Shown: positions 12,479 through 26,245 of the stretch, in pieces
Layout of the letters: every line of letters starts with the position of its first letter
How positions within the stretch are numbered: position 1 is the stretch's first letter
Assembly: GCF_009914755.1 (NCBI RefSeq)
Contig: NC_060935.1
Origin: the human T2T-CHM13v2.0 reference genome, Homo sapiens
Length of the DNA stretch: 64,000 nucleotides
Reading direction: 5' to 3' (one strand)
Notes under the pieces: generated by a model
Database searches by the model: none
Seen by the model: only the letters and a program-made list of their open reading frames with translations
Told to the model about the DNA's origin: nothing
Position numbers and translations under genes: made by a program

Positions 12479-13782
12479 TGTGTCCGGAATTGGTGGGCTC
12501 TTGGTCTCACTGACTTCAAGAGTGAAGCCGTGGACCCTTGCGGTGAGTGTTAACAGCTCTTAAGGTGGTGCCTCTGGAGTTTGTTCCTTCTGATGTTCGG
12601 ATGTGTTCGGAGTTTCTTCCTCCTGGTGGGCTCGTGGTCTTGCTGGCTTCAGGAGTGAAGCTGCAGACCTTCGCGGTGAGTGTTACAGCTCATAAAAGCA
12701 GTGTGGACCCAAAGAGTAAGCAGTAGCAAGATTTATTGCAAAGAGCAGAAGAACAAAGCCTCCACAGTGTGGAAAGGGACCCCAGCAGCTTGCCACTGCT
12801 GGCTCAGGCAGCCTGGTTTTATTCTCTTATCTGGCCCCACCCACATCCTGCTGATTGGTAGAGCCGAGTGGTCTGTTTTGACAGCGCGCTGATTGGTGCG
12901 TTTACAATCCCTGAGCTAGACACAAAGGTTCTCCACGTCCCCACTAGATTAGCTAGATACAGAGTGTCCACACAAAGGTTCTCCAAGTTCCCACGAGAGT
13001 AGCTAGATACAGTGTCAACTGGTGCATTCACAAACCGTGAGCTAGGCACAGGGTGCTGATTGGTGTGTTCACAAACCTTGAGCTAGATACAGAGTGCCGA
13101 TTGCTGTATTTACAATCCCTGAGCTAGACATAAAGGTTCTCCACGTCTCCACCAGACTCAGGAGCCCAGCTGGCTTCACTCAGTGGATCCCGCACCGGGG
13201 CTGCAGGTGGAGCTGCCTGCCAGTCCCGCGCCGTGCGCCCGCACTCCTCAGCCCTTGGGTGGTCGATGGGACTGGGCGCCGTGGAGCAGGGGGCGGCGCT
13301 CATCGGGGAGGCTCGGGCCGCACAGGAGCCCACGGAGGGGGTGGGAGACTCAGGCATGGCGGGCTGCAGGTCCCGAGACCTGTCCCGCGGGAAGGCAGCT
13401 AAGGCCCGGCGAGAAATTGAGCACAGCAGCTGCTGGCCCAGGTGCTAAGCCCCTCACTGCCCGGGGCCGGTGGGTCCGGCCGGCCAATCCGAGCGCGGGG
13501 TCCGCGGAGCCCACGCCACGCCCACCCGGAACTCACGCTGGTCCGCAAGCGCCGTGCGCAGCCCAGGTTCCCGCCCACGCCTCTTCCTCCATGCCTCTCC
13601 CTTCATACCTCCCCGCAAGCTGAGGGAGGCGGCTCCGGCCTTGGCCAGCCCAGAAAGGGGCTCCCACAGTGCAGCGGCGGGCTGAAGGGCTTCTTAAGTG
13701 CCGCCAAAGTGGGAGCCCAGGCAGAGGAGGCGCCGAGAGCGAGCAAGGGCTGTGAGGACTGCCAGCACGCTGTCACCTCTCA
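12479..13782 (-). mobile_element. LTR12C (HERV9) solo LTR inserted into a MIR
   Basis: Minus strand runs TGAGAGGTGACAGCGTGCTGGC...CCAATTCCGGACACA. 4-bp TSD CTAT (12475-78 / 13783-86). Repeated CTGATTGG boxes and a CpG-rich U3. Rejoined flanks give the MIR-like AACCCTAT|GAGGTAAGTAC. Confidence 0.95.
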
Positions 13783-14516
13783 CTATGAGGTAAGTACTTA
13801 CTGTTATTATCTGCTTTTTACAGTTTAGAAAAATGAGACTGAGAGCTTGGGCAACTTGCTCTTAAAATCACACACATGTCCTGTAGCCGTCAGCCCTCAT
13901 TTTGTCTCACTTTGAAACCCAGCTGTGCTCCAATGCCTCTCATGTACAATGTACGATGGGTACTGTTGACCAAAGCAAGTGCTTTCCATAGTCACTCCTA
14001 TTAACATCGTTTGTTAAAACTCAGTAAATGGTCATTGTTTTTTCAGTTGCATAATGGAAAACTCCTGGTAGGAAACACATTTACAAAAACTTCTGTTATC
14101 GCTTACATCCAGCTATAGAATCTCTCGAAGGGAATCATTGAGAAGAATTTTTTTTTAGTTAATTAATCTCAAAGGTATTCATTTCTACGAGATGCTTTTT
14201 ATGCTCATTATGATTTTGGCTATTTTGCCCTTTAATTGTTGGTTTCCATTTGTGAGCTGTGTCATGAGGTAAAGAGGATTAGTTAGCCAATGCAAGAAGG
14301 CTTGTTACAGTGTTTATGTCTTGGATTCACTCTGCAATTGTTATTCCAAGGAAAAACTAATTATGAGTGTAACACATACATGTTAATATACAGCCTCCTT
14401 TCCAGACACATGTTCATGGATAATTTCATTTACATCAGTTTTTCAGCATTTCCGAGGTGAGGCTGATTTTTTTCTAAATCACTGTATTAAAAAGCAAACA
14501 AGCAACTCCCCTGCTC

Positions 14517-14517
<1 letters not shown>

Positions 14518-14560
<43 letters not shown>
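14518..14560. repeat. Pure poly(A)43 tract
   Basis: Directly visible; no adjacent SINE or LINE body. Confidence 0.95.
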
Positions 14561-14562
<2 letters not shown>

Positions 14563-17500
14563 TCTAAAAACTAGCTTTCCTACAGCATTATTCTCTCTTG
14601 TGGGAGTTAGTGGAAAAAATGCCACTTGTCAATTGCAATGCAATTAAATAGACTTGGTTGAAATTGACAAGAAAGAACAGCGAAAATATGGATTTTAAAT
14701 GTCAAAGCTCTAAGTGGCTGCATATTCTGAGTGTGGACTTTTCTCACTTCAAAGAAGCATCAGTGGAACCTGTCAATCATATTTCATTCCTGACAGCTGG
14801 CTTTGATCAGCACATGGTGAAAAGCTCAATTAAAACCCCACAGTTAAATTGAGCAGCTGGGCCAGGGTAAGCAATTTGAGACTCAGTGTGAATTTCACGA
14901 GGGACTGTTAACCATGACCGTCCTCATAGATTAAATTAGGTACTTGCTAATTTTTTCCGTCAGTACTTGCTGTGAAGATGTATTACACCGCATGACAAAC
15001 CGCCTCCCCACCATTCTGAAGTCCCAAAGTTAGAGGCACTTTATGTTCTTAGTTAAGTTTCATGACATTAGGGAGTATTTAATTACCTTAAATACCTACA
15101 AAGAAACACACAACACTACATGCACACACATACATGCACACACAATATAATTAAACAAGGTAACAACTTTGATAACACACACCAATAGAATGAAATCTGT
15201 CGCTTTCAGCTAAATATAAGAAAAATCCTTTGGGGTCCACAATAACAAACCATCTCTATCAAAATAGAAGATAAATGCTAATGTCCTTATAAGTGGATGG
15301 AGGTGGATGGGACCTTAAATGTCACATAAAGTTTAAAAAAAAAAAGTATGATGAAACAACTAGACACAGACCAAACAGCATACACAAAATAACACAGAAA
15401 AAGTGAGAACAAAGTGAGGTTCTCTGTTATCCAAGGTTACTTCAAGAAATGGATTGAAATCTAATTCAGGATTTAAGTCTTCTATTGATCTTGTCTGATT
15501 TCAAATAAGGTTTTATAATTATCTTTGTATTTGTCTTATCTACTGCATACATTGCAAATTCCCCAAGAATAGGCCCAGTGTGCCCCATATGTCTTCTTCC
15601 ACTAATCCTGTCTTTATTTCTACTGCAGTGGCTCAGCACAAGAGCCTGAGCAGAGCTGAAAGTCTATTAACTATTTTTAATATTGAGTTGGCTATCTCCT
15701 TGTAAATGATATCCTTATGTAGCCAGCCCTCAGGCCTCTGCCAGTTTCATTACTTATAGAGCTGACCCTATCCACTCAGAAGCCAATGGTGAATAGCATT
15801 AAAGAGAAACATTCAGACTAGACTTCACAAAAAAACCTTACTTACATGCACCATAATCATATCTTATTTTTATATATTATTATTAAACACAACTTTTGAA
15901 CTAAAAGGGACCTCAGAGATCATTAATATAAACCGCTCTTTTAAATGAGGAAAAAATTCTACATATCTAGATGAGTGCACAGAAACGAATATACTAAATT
16001 GGGAGTTCTGCCTCTCATCAAGATATCTGAGGGATAAGTAGGTTTCCTCTTATTTTAATTAGCCGATATATTAATTTAGCAAACATTCATTGAGGATCTA
16101 CAAAGACGCTTAGCTAGGAGCTGTGGAAAATATGAATTAGAGGCCTTTATAAAATTAGCAATGCAACAAATTATATATTGTCAGTCATAAGAAAAATACA
16201 GTTAAAATTTGAAGTGGGTTCAAATGAGAAAGGTTAGTTTGATCTGGGTATATCGGGGTAGGCCTGAGGGAAGACATGACATTCAAATTTAGCTTTATTG
16301 GCTTCTAGAATTCGAAAATTTGGGAATAGCAGTTGGTTTTAGAGAAAAAATCCAGGAGAGGCTAAGGCATAGAAATAAGAAGAAAATGAAAAAAATGTCA
16401 TTAGTTCTTATTTATTTTTTCTCTAATTAAAAAAATCAATAACATAGAATACTTATATATATAGTATTGTATTATTATATAGTATACATTATTTTTATTT
16501 TATATTATTATTATAGAATAGTATTTTTTAGTGTTTATACTTATAGTATTATATACTTATGTTTATTTGGTATAAATAATATTTACTTAGCCATGCTAAG
16601 CCATTAGCTCTATAGTCAGGACCCAAGGAAAACAAAACAGCAAGCTTGAAATTGTTAGGCTACCTTCCTGTGCTTTCCTTTCCTCTCTGCATTTGGTTTC
16701 CATGGAGACCATTCGAGAGAGGACCCAGTGAGTCAGCAACAAACAAAGCTAGTTCACTGAGCCCTGTGAAATTAGGAGTAAGCTTTAAGGTCAGTGAAAT
16801 ATTGCAAGTGAAATACACTGCTCAAATAATTTTCAACGTTCATTGAATTTAACTAGGCCTATTATCTTCTGCTCGTAATTCTGCTCCAGCCATTATATTT
16901 TCAGGCCCTTGATTCACACCCAGATATATGTGATAATAGAATTGATGTCACTGTCATACCTCTTGGGGAGCCACAGCAGGTTTCAGATACACGGAGAGGA
17001 TACAAAATGGGTAAACTATTGTTCATATGCTGCAAACTCAGATATACAAAAATGTAATTTCCTTTGATTTTTTTAAACTGAGCTCATTTTTATTCCAAGA
17101 TTTCATTTCTGTCAAATGATAGGAAAAAATAATCTAGTTATCTTTAAGTAAACCCAGTTAATTTTGAGTTTTCTATCCTCATCTTCATCTTCACAGAGTT
17201 CTGGGACTAAGCTGTGGGACTTACATAACACCACAACATTGGTGGGGAGGAGTGTCTACTTTTCTCCTTTGATACACCTTCCTTTGCCCTCTTATGATAT
17301 GTACAACATCTTGTGATGGCATTTGGTCATCTAGAGCCATCTCCACATATTCTGGGATTAACCTATTCCTGTTATGGTTGTTATACTGACATTCAACACC
17401 ACTCTTCCTTGGAGAATTCTCTTACCGTAATTTGAAGACCATTTTGGATTGATAGTTTTCCTTCAAAATTTTATTTTCTTTTCTTTAAAATTTAATTATT

Positions 17501-17924
17501 TAGCCAGTAAAAATATTATCCTGGTAAATCAAAAAAGTCATTTTTAAAAGAAGTAAGATTACAACAAGGGTAAGAAAGATGGCTCAAACGATGGCCAAAT
17601 ATATTTTAAATTCTAGAATCAAGTTGCCATGTAAAACACAAGACTCACAAATATAAATATTTTATTATAAAATTTAGTATCAATGATTTGGTTTCAGAAA
17701 TACAACATAATATGTTAGAGCAAATTAATGTTCTTTATTAGAATTTTATTGGTTCTATAGTTTTTTTGCATTCGTTCATTTTTGTTTCATTACCATAGAA
17801 ATGTGGTAAACAAGAGTTTATATCTAGCTTTGAGTTTGAAACAACATACATGTAAGGAAATGAATAAGTCAGTATGAATTTTTTTCCTTCTGTGTGTAAT
17901 TCAAATCTAAATGCCAATAGTCTA

Positions 17925-18465
17925 TATATCCAGCATTTCACCTCTGGATGTATACCCAAGAGAACTGAAGACCTATGGCCACAAAAAAAACTTGTACACA
18001 AATTTTCATAATAATATTATTAATAGCCCAAAGTGGAACAAACTCATATGTCCATAAATGAATGATAAATATGTGGTATATTCATACAGTGAAATATTAG
18101 TGAATCACAAAAGGGAATGCAGAACTGATAAATGTCACAATGTGAACAAATCCTGATAACATTATGCTAATTTGAAGAAATCAGATACAAAAGGCCTTAT
18201 ATTGTATGATTCTGTCTATAGGAACTGTCCAGAAAAGACAAATCAATAGAGACAGAGTGTAGATTAGTGAATGAGTAGGGCTAAGGGTAGGAACAGGGGG
18301 CAACTTCAGATGGGCATGGAGAATCCTTTCAAAGTAACAAAAATATTCTAAAACTGGATTAAGGTATTGCTGCAAAGCTGTAAATTTACAAGACATAATT
18401 GAATTCTACACTTTAAAAGGATATGTTTCTGGTATGTGGATTATATTTCAATAATCTTGTTAAAA
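17925..18465 (+). mobile_element. Old L1M 3' region
   Basis: Contains TATACCCAAGAGAACTGAAGAC, TGTGGTATATTCATACAGTGAAATATTA and ATATTGTATGATTC. Confidence 0.75.
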
Positions 18466-19502
18466 ATTCCGATAGTTTAGGTCTCTTCAAGACATGATGC
18501 GAACCATTTTAATAGTGCTTATTAAATAAAAATAATTAAACTAGTGTCAATTCTTCACATTTGCAGAGAATTTCTATTTCAAGAAAATGCACACACAATA
18601 TTTCATTTGAAATTCATAAAATACATGTGAGAGTTGGTATCATAATCTCAATTTTGTAGGTAAAGAAATTCAGTGACCCTGAGACAGTTTAAGTAAGTTG
18701 TATATTCTTATACATCAATAATTGCATGATCAAGATTTGAACCTAGAACTTATGATTCAAAATCTTATGCTATTATTTCTCTTTAAAAAACTAGATATTC
18801 TTTCCATAATTCACTTAATTCCATGGATAAACTAATGATTTTCTTTTAACTAGGACATAACCAATTGGTTCATGTACACAACATGATGAGACTTTTACTC
18901 AGGACCACTCTGGAAGATCTACCAGACACCTCAGAGAGCATTCACTTTAACTCAACTGGTCAATTTTACCTGAAAAGCAAAGAGATAGTCTTCTTTCAAA
19001 AATTTTCCTTCCTGACACTTTCGAAACTCTCAATGATTGATAGCTCCCCAAACCAATGATTGCTACATGAAAACCAGAGCATAAGATTTTGAATCATAAG
19101 TTCTGGGTTCAAATCTTGATCATGCAAGATATAATTATTTAATCTCAGCTGGAAGGGTTCCCATTCAGAGTGGATCCCCTCCTGCTGTTTTTGTCTGGCT
19201 GCTCTGTGATAAAAGACATAATGTGTGATGTGTTGTATGTGCACGTGCATTCTCGTGGCTCATTTGGTGGTGGGGCCAGGCCCTGTGAGAGGACAAAAGA
19301 ATGATGCCAGAAGATATGGAGCATTATGCCCTTTTGTCTTCACAGAGAAACAAGCTCTGTTGGCAGCGATAGTTCTCTAATAGAGACTATACACTTAGCA
19401 TCACCTACACTGGGACCCTGCCTAGTTCTTATATAACTAACTGAACTAACTGGGTTACTGGGGTGGAACTGTGAACTAGAGCTGGCCTTGGTCTGACATG
19501 AG

Positions 19503-19610
19503 AGATAGATAGATGGATAGATGGATGGATAGATATAAATAGTTAGAGATAAATATAGATATAGATATAGATATAGATATAGATATAGATATAGATATAG
19601 ATATAGATAT
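19503..19610. repeat. (TAGA)n/(TAGATA)n microsatellite
   Basis: Directly visible. Confidence 0.9.
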
Positions 19611-22600
19611 GTAGTCTTTTTCTTTTCTAGCCATACTGGGCTAACTTCTCCTCTTTTACTTCCTCATGTCCCAACAAAACCCCATGATGCCAAGCCCCAC
19701 TGAGAACTAACCTACTGAGTCCTCCTGACTCAGTAGATTAGAGCTCCCCTTTTTGCCATTCCTAAATCCCTGAAATAATGAAAAATATACATTATTCCAA
19801 AGTAAAGAAGCCAAATGTTACAGAACACACAGCATAATCTCAGTAACTACTGATTTTGACCTTTTCTAAAAACATTGTTACTCATCACAGGTATTTTGGC
19901 TTCAGTAGAAGTTTGTACAACTATTACTCTTAAATCAATGTTATTTTTTCTTCATTGGCCTGTTTGTATATTCCTTCCTTTCTACTCTTGCAGTTATCTG
20001 ATAGAGGTTTAGAAAAGAATTACGTATCTGAGTGTTAAGATCAGTCTAGGGAAGTGACAGAAGAGAAAGACTAAAAGAATGACTCAAGAAAAATGTTCTG
20101 TATGGGGGGAAAGTACAGAGAGGAACATGGGGCAATACCAGTGGTCACGCTGTCTTCCTACATTTGCTAATCAGCCCATTACAGGTTTTTATTGTTACAA
20201 TCCTTTCTTTCCGTTACTTTCATCTCCAGAGGTGATGATGCCGTTGCCTTACATCTCTCCTCGAACACACTCTCTTGGATGAGCTTAATAGTGGAAAAAT
20301 CTAAACCACCAGTGCCCAGTTCTTCCTAAGTTCATACTTTTATGTGAATACCATCTTATTTCTCTTGTATATGTAATTATGAAAACTCAGTACAGTTTCA
20401 TTTTTCCCCACTAACACTCTGCCCTGTCATCTTCCCTGCAAGAGGGAATATTGTTTACCTCTAGGCCACATGCCATATGTATTATTTGGGAGGGCATCCA
20501 ACAAGTCCTAGAATTATGGAACTGGAAGAGATCAATGTGTCTTATTAAAATGAGACTCAGAGCATCCAAGGGTAAACACTGAAAGGAAAATCTCTAATTA
20601 GGAAGTGCTTTTTTTTTTTTTTCCAAAATGACCTCAAATCTGTTCCTGTGTGTCTCACTTTCCACATACATCTCCATCGCACTTTGATTAACGTTTCTCC
20701 CATTCCACAGGTACATGCATAGGTTACTACCATCAGGTAACAATCTGACCTGGTTTAGGCAAAACTTTTTTTTCTCCAATTTCCTTTAGCGTATCTGTGA
20801 AAGGCTGGCATTTTAAAAAATGATGTTAATAAATCAATACTAAGAGAAACAAAAAGAAAATAGACTATGTAAACATAAAATCAGATCGGCTTGTGAAGTC
20901 AGACATCATCCTCTCAGCAGTGACTGCCTTCCCATGAAAGTGCCTTCTCCAGGGAGAAAAAAAATAACACCAGTTGAAGATGTAAAAGTGTATTAGGAAA
21001 CTTTGGCCTAATAAGATAAGTATTCATGAATGTACTGGGAGTAGGACCAGCTGTCATTTTCTTTTTTTCACCTGGAAGTGGCAGAATAGGATAGGAGGAA
21101 TTAGTTCCCAAGCATGAAGAGCAAATTGACTTCAACACAAAGAAATGCAAAAGATAGGAAAAAGATAAGTCATTCATTCATTCAACAGGAATTTATTGAG
21201 CCCACCTATGTCCCAGGCACAATCTAAATGTTATCATACCTGATGAATTGCCTTCAAGTCTGAGATGGCACCTCAAGGGAGACATCAACAAACTAGAATA
21301 GTGACATGCAAAAGTAAAAAAAGAACGTGATGTTGGAGAGAGAGATGGTTGTGGGAAATTAGAATATTTAGATAAAGAGACAGCAGATAGGACTGATGAT
21401 CTCAAATCTGTAAAGGGATGCTGGATGAAAAGGGGCCCACATTCATTTGGCAGATTACAAGAGCAGAACAAGGAACATTTTCTAGAAAACTCAAGGAGGA
21501 ATGATTGAATGGAAGAAAATGATTAACCAGACAATGGTCTGCCTTGAAAAAGTGTCATTCCTGTTCATGGAAGTGCAGGAATGCATTCTGAGTGCTGCAG
21601 AGGATATTCTGAATTCTGCAGGGCAACATTTTCAAATCAGGGGTTTGAAAGCCTCCAGAGATCCAAAAAAATAATTCTAACCTTTCATATAGGTAGGGAT
21701 AGCAATAGTGCACTCTTTTCCAATATGATTCTTAAAAACAAACACACATTAAGAAAAATATTTTAATACCTTTTCATCCATATAAAATTTTTTGAGAGCC
21801 TCTGTACGTGTGGTCTGAGTGAACACGTGCAATAAAGGATGTGGGGACATATGCTCATGTTTCAGTCACTGATTTGGTGATATGCAAAAATAACAACTGC
21901 TTATGTTAACCATTATAGTCTTAAAGTGTTTGTCTTCTCATTTATATATAATTTATACCCATTTTGGACTAGTGATTAACTAGAGGAAATATGAGGAAAA
22001 ATAATGTTGAGCTCAAAATAAATAAACATGATAAGTAGACTGGCATTAATCACGTATGCTTGGCTCATGTTGCACTTAAGAAATTGTATTCATTTCATCA
22101 TATTCTGGTATTTCAAAAATGTTGTTAAAATATACAGTGACAATTTTACTCCCAGTTTTATTTCATTTCTGAGGATAGACACCATATACCTGGTTATAAA
22201 AAATTGAGAAGTGCTTACAAATAGAAGCCTGAGTCTTTCCCTTTCCAACATTATTTAAATTCTTTAACTATGAAATGCTAACATTCTAAAGAATGTGTTT
22301 TGAAAACCGGTTTTGTTCATTTTCACACCCTAACAAGTCCTAAAATTTTACTCCGTATTTTAATATATATTTGGTGAACAAGCCAAACATGGCATAATTC
22401 AGCATTTAAAAAATTATGTGTTCAATAAATTGTGGTTTTCATAATTAATTTTAAATAAATTAAATGGTACGTGCTTTTTATTGGCTGGGAATAAATACGT
22501 ATCTGTTTTATATGTTATTTATATTAATTTATATCATAGTATTTAAAATAAATTTAATAATATACTTTTCAATTTATTTCAGCCAGTTTTAAAAATTATT

Positions 22601-22639
22601 ATGTAAAATATTTTTAAATATTCTGCAAATTTTAAATAT

Positions 22640-23770
22640 ATTACAAAATTGAAAGACTATTAATGAACACATGTATTCCTTATAGCTGGTATAGAAATTG
22701 AATATAATCTAGACATTCTTTCTGTGTATTTCTGTTAGTCCTATCCTCCCAGAAGTTAATAGCAATCTGAATTTTTGTTAAGGAAATTTCTTTATTTTAT
22801 TTATTTACCACCTATGTATGCATTCCCAAACAATATATTATTTAGTTTTTTCTGGTTTTGAAATTTGTTTAAATATGCTCAAACATGATGCTTTTTTCCT
22901 TTTCAAACTTACTTTTGAGATTCATTCATTTTGATGCATATAGCTGTAATTTTACATCTTTATATATTTATTTGGTCTATGGTTGTCAGACATGTGGGTG
23001 ATTTTTAATTACTGTTAAAAACATTCTTCTGCACGTCACTGGGTCACCACTTCAAGAGTCTCTCTAAAAAGATATATTTAGGAGTGGAATGCCAAAGAGC
23101 TTTCCAAAATGTAATGATTATAACAAATACATTCATACCCTCAGTGGATGATATTTCACAGCACTTCCATTCTTCAACACTTTATATTAACATCCTTCTT
23201 AGTATCTGCCAATCTGATGGTATGTGAATGTATATATTGCATTGTAAAATTTTGGTCCCTGATTACTGGTAAAGTTAAGCATCTTCTAATATGTTTAATG
23301 ACAATTTAGGTTTCCTCCTTTGGAAAATTTATGCTATTTTTTAGTTCATTTTCTTTTGAGTATTTGGACTTTTATAAAATTGATTCATAGTAGTTCTGTA
23401 TGTATTCTGGATACTAATCTTTTCTTGGTAAGATGTCCTGCAAATATCTTCCCCTAGTTTGCAGCTTCTCTTTTTATTAGCTTTAAGCCATTTTTTTGAT
23501 AAAATCAATGGCTTCCTTTAAGGTGACTTACCAAAACTTTCTTTTATGATTAAAGATTATTGTGTCTTACTTAGAAATAACATATTACCTTTAATTTGCC
23601 TTTAATTTTATTTTTATTTTTTCGCTTTTAAATCTTTAATCCACCTGGAATTGGTTCTTGCTCATGACCAAGGTAAGAATTCAATTCCCTTCTACTTTTA
23701 AAAAACACAAATAGCCAATTGTCCCAGGATCACTTATTTAATAGTTTATCATTCCCCCACTGTCCTACAA
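22640..23770 (-). mobile_element. Ancient, degraded L1ME-like fragment
   Basis: TATCTGCCAATCTGATGG, TATTCTGGATACTAATC and TTTAATCCACCTGGAATTG resemble reverse-complement old L1 ORF2/3' UTR. Confidence 0.6.
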
Positions 23771-23774
23771 TGCA

Positions 23775-24272
23775 TCTCATATGGCCCCTGGTGACTCCCA
23801 CCTTCTAGGATTCATGCTTTGTGTAATCACCTGCCCTGATTTAGTGACTTGGTTCTAGTGAATAGAATGTGGTTCTAGTGAGTAGAGTTGAAGAAGTATC
23901 ATTTTGGAGATTAGATCATAAAAGGTGGTGCCTTCCATCTTGGGTTCACTGGCCCGATCTTACTGTCTCTTGACTTGGTTGCCTTGGGAGAAGTCAGCTC
24001 CCATGTTATGACACAGTTCTGTGGACAGGGCCAGGTCTGCCAGTAGCCATGTGAGTAAGCTTGGAAATAGATCCTTTCCCAGTCAAACCTTCAGAGGAGA
24101 CCACAGCCCCAGCTGGTAGCTTGACTGTAACTTCATGAGAGACCCTGATCCAGAGGAATTGAGTTAAGGTGTGCTTGGATTTCTGAGTCACAGAAAGCAT
24201 GAGATAATAAATGCCTCTAAGCCACAAAAGTTTGGAGTAATTGGTTATGCAGTAAGCAATAGAAACTTTTAC
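23775..24272 (+). mobile_element. MLT1 (MaLR) LTR
   Basis: Contains CAGCCCCAGCTG...TCATGAGAGACCCTGA...GAGATAATAAATG...TAAGCCAC...TTGGTTATGCAG. Confidence 0.8.
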
Positions 24273-24917
24273 ATACGACTCTTCATATTTTCTATTTTTA
24301 GTCAGTTTTCACAAATTAATAAGCATTTGATAAATTATTTTGACAAATCATTTGAATATCTTGGCAAATGTTGTAATATCTCTTTTCATTCTGCTTAATC
24401 CATGTGCTTCTGTCATCCTTTCATTCCTCATGTTTATATGTGCCTTCTCACTTTTTTCAAGAATCATTTTTAAAGAAGTACTTCTATTTTCTTAGTCTTT
24501 TCAAAGAGCCAAATTTAGCATTGCTGACCTCTTTTCTTTTTGTTTTCTCTACTTTATTATTTCAGGTTTTTACATATTTTTCAGTTCTTTGACAACTCTG
24601 TAACTGTTACGTTACATGAAAGAGGAATAATTTCCAGATTACAAATGTCTGGAATCTCAAAGGGCAAGGTTCTTGACTCCTTTCACAGAAGAGAAGGTCA
24701 AGATTAAGGAAATTTGTCTTATTCTTGGTTGTATAGGTTATTAATTAATGTTTGTTGAATAATACTTTGATATAATTCTGGGAATATCATCAGGAGAACT
24801 ATTTCTGGTTCAGGAAATTCAGCTGTGCCAATTGACAAATGTTTGTTGGAGTCTAGGAAAAGAAATTCTATTTCTATATCAAAATATTAGAAACCATAGT
24901 CTGAAAAGTAGAAGAAC

Positions 24918-25340
24918 TATGTTAGTTCACTAGGGCTGCCATAACAAAACAGAATATACTAGGTGACACAAACAACAGGAATTTTTTTTCTCGCAGTTCT
25001 GCAGATTGTAAAATTCAAGATCAAGGTTGCACAGGTTTTGCAGCAGGGTTTGGTTTCTGGGGCTTAGAGATGGGGCTGTCTTCTTGCTGTGTTCTCACAT
25101 GGAGGGATAAAGGGAGAGAAAAAGACAGGCAGAGAGAGAGAGAGAAAGAGACAGAGAGAGAGATCTGATGTCTCTCCTTTTACAAAGATACCAGTTCTAT
25201 TGCATCAGGGCTTCATCCTTATGGTCTCATTTAACTTTATTCACCTTCTTAAAGACCCTACTTCCAATACAGTTACGTGGATTGGGTGTGTTAAGAGTTT
25301 CAACACGAATTTTTGAAGGAACACAATTCAGTTCATGGCA
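24918..25340 (-). mobile_element. MLT1A/B-type MaLR solo LTR
   Basis: AGGGCTGCCATAACAAA...TCAAGATCAAGGT...ACACAATTCAGTTCATGGCA. 5-bp TSD AGAAC (24913-17 / 25341-45). Confidence 0.8.
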
Positions 25341-25954
25341 AGAACTATGAAGAAACTGAGATTAAAATATTTAAAATTGGATATTTTTAAAAGTCTGAGA
25401 TATATGGTTGTTAGGTTATTTCTCATTCCGATAATGTATCCTGAAACTGGGTAACTGGTTTCTACATATGTCCTAGGATTGGGCTATACCATTCACCTTT
25501 TTTCTCCTTTCCCAGGGTCAATCTTAGAGGTAGAAAATAGAGATTTGGCTCCCCCTTGTTCCTATCCAGCACTGTCACAGTGGGAAACATCACCATATTC
25601 TATTTCAACTAGACAGTTTACTCACTTCTAATTACTCCCTTTGCTCAACAACCTCCTTGAATAGGACTCATTCAGGAATGGGGTCCCAAAGGCTCCAAAG
25701 ATATTTAAATTTCCACGTAGGAGAAAGCAATGTAGATATCAGTGTCTTGGAAGATGTCTTTGCAGAAGACAGAGACACACGCTGCTGCATGTCATTTAGT
25801 CAGAGTTTATTTGGCTAAGAAGAAAGCATTCCAGATCATGGGTGGAGATCCCTAACCTCTAATATGCCAAAGGAAAATTTGGACTAAAAATCCTATACAA
25901 ACAGATGATTAAATGATCATACTTTCTCTTTGTAAGTTACATAAGTGCCATCTT

Positions 25955-26245
25955 TGCCTCTTTCTCTCTCTTTCTCTCTCTTTCTTTCTCTCTCTCTTTC
26001 TCTCTCTTTCTCTTTCTTTCTCTTTTTTTCTCTTTCTTTTTTTTTCTTTCTTTCCCCTTCCTTCCTTCCCTCCCTCCCTCCCTGCCTCCTTCCCTCCTTC
26101 CCTCCTTCCCTCCCTCCCTCCCTCCCTGAGTCTCACTCTGTTGGCCAGGCTGAAGTGCAGTGTCACGATCTCAGCTCACTGCAACCTCCACCTCCCGGGT
26201 TCAAGCAATTCTCCTGCCTTAGCCTCCAGAGTAGCTGAAATTATA
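25955..26245 (-). repeat. Polypyrimidine (CT/CCTT/CCCT)n tract expanded from the tail of a truncated Alu right arm
   Basis: Low-complexity tract to about 26127, then GAGTCTCACTCTGTTGGCCAGGCTGAAGTGCAGTG...GTAGCTGAAATTATAGG. Confidence 0.85.

Noticed and set aside
12880-13145. Spaced direct repeats superficially resembling a CRISPR array
   Set aside because: These are the known LTR12 tandem enhancer repeats in eukaryotic DNA, with no unique spacers or cas genes.
13094-13828. Overlapping 70-146 aa GC-rich ORFs
   Set aside because: They lie entirely within LTR12C U3; stop codons are rare because of GC content.
16960-17016. O/E-like site plus ATGG|GTAAAC that would splice in frame to OR10D3
   Set aside because: The donor is weak, it lies 11 kb away, and there is no other support.
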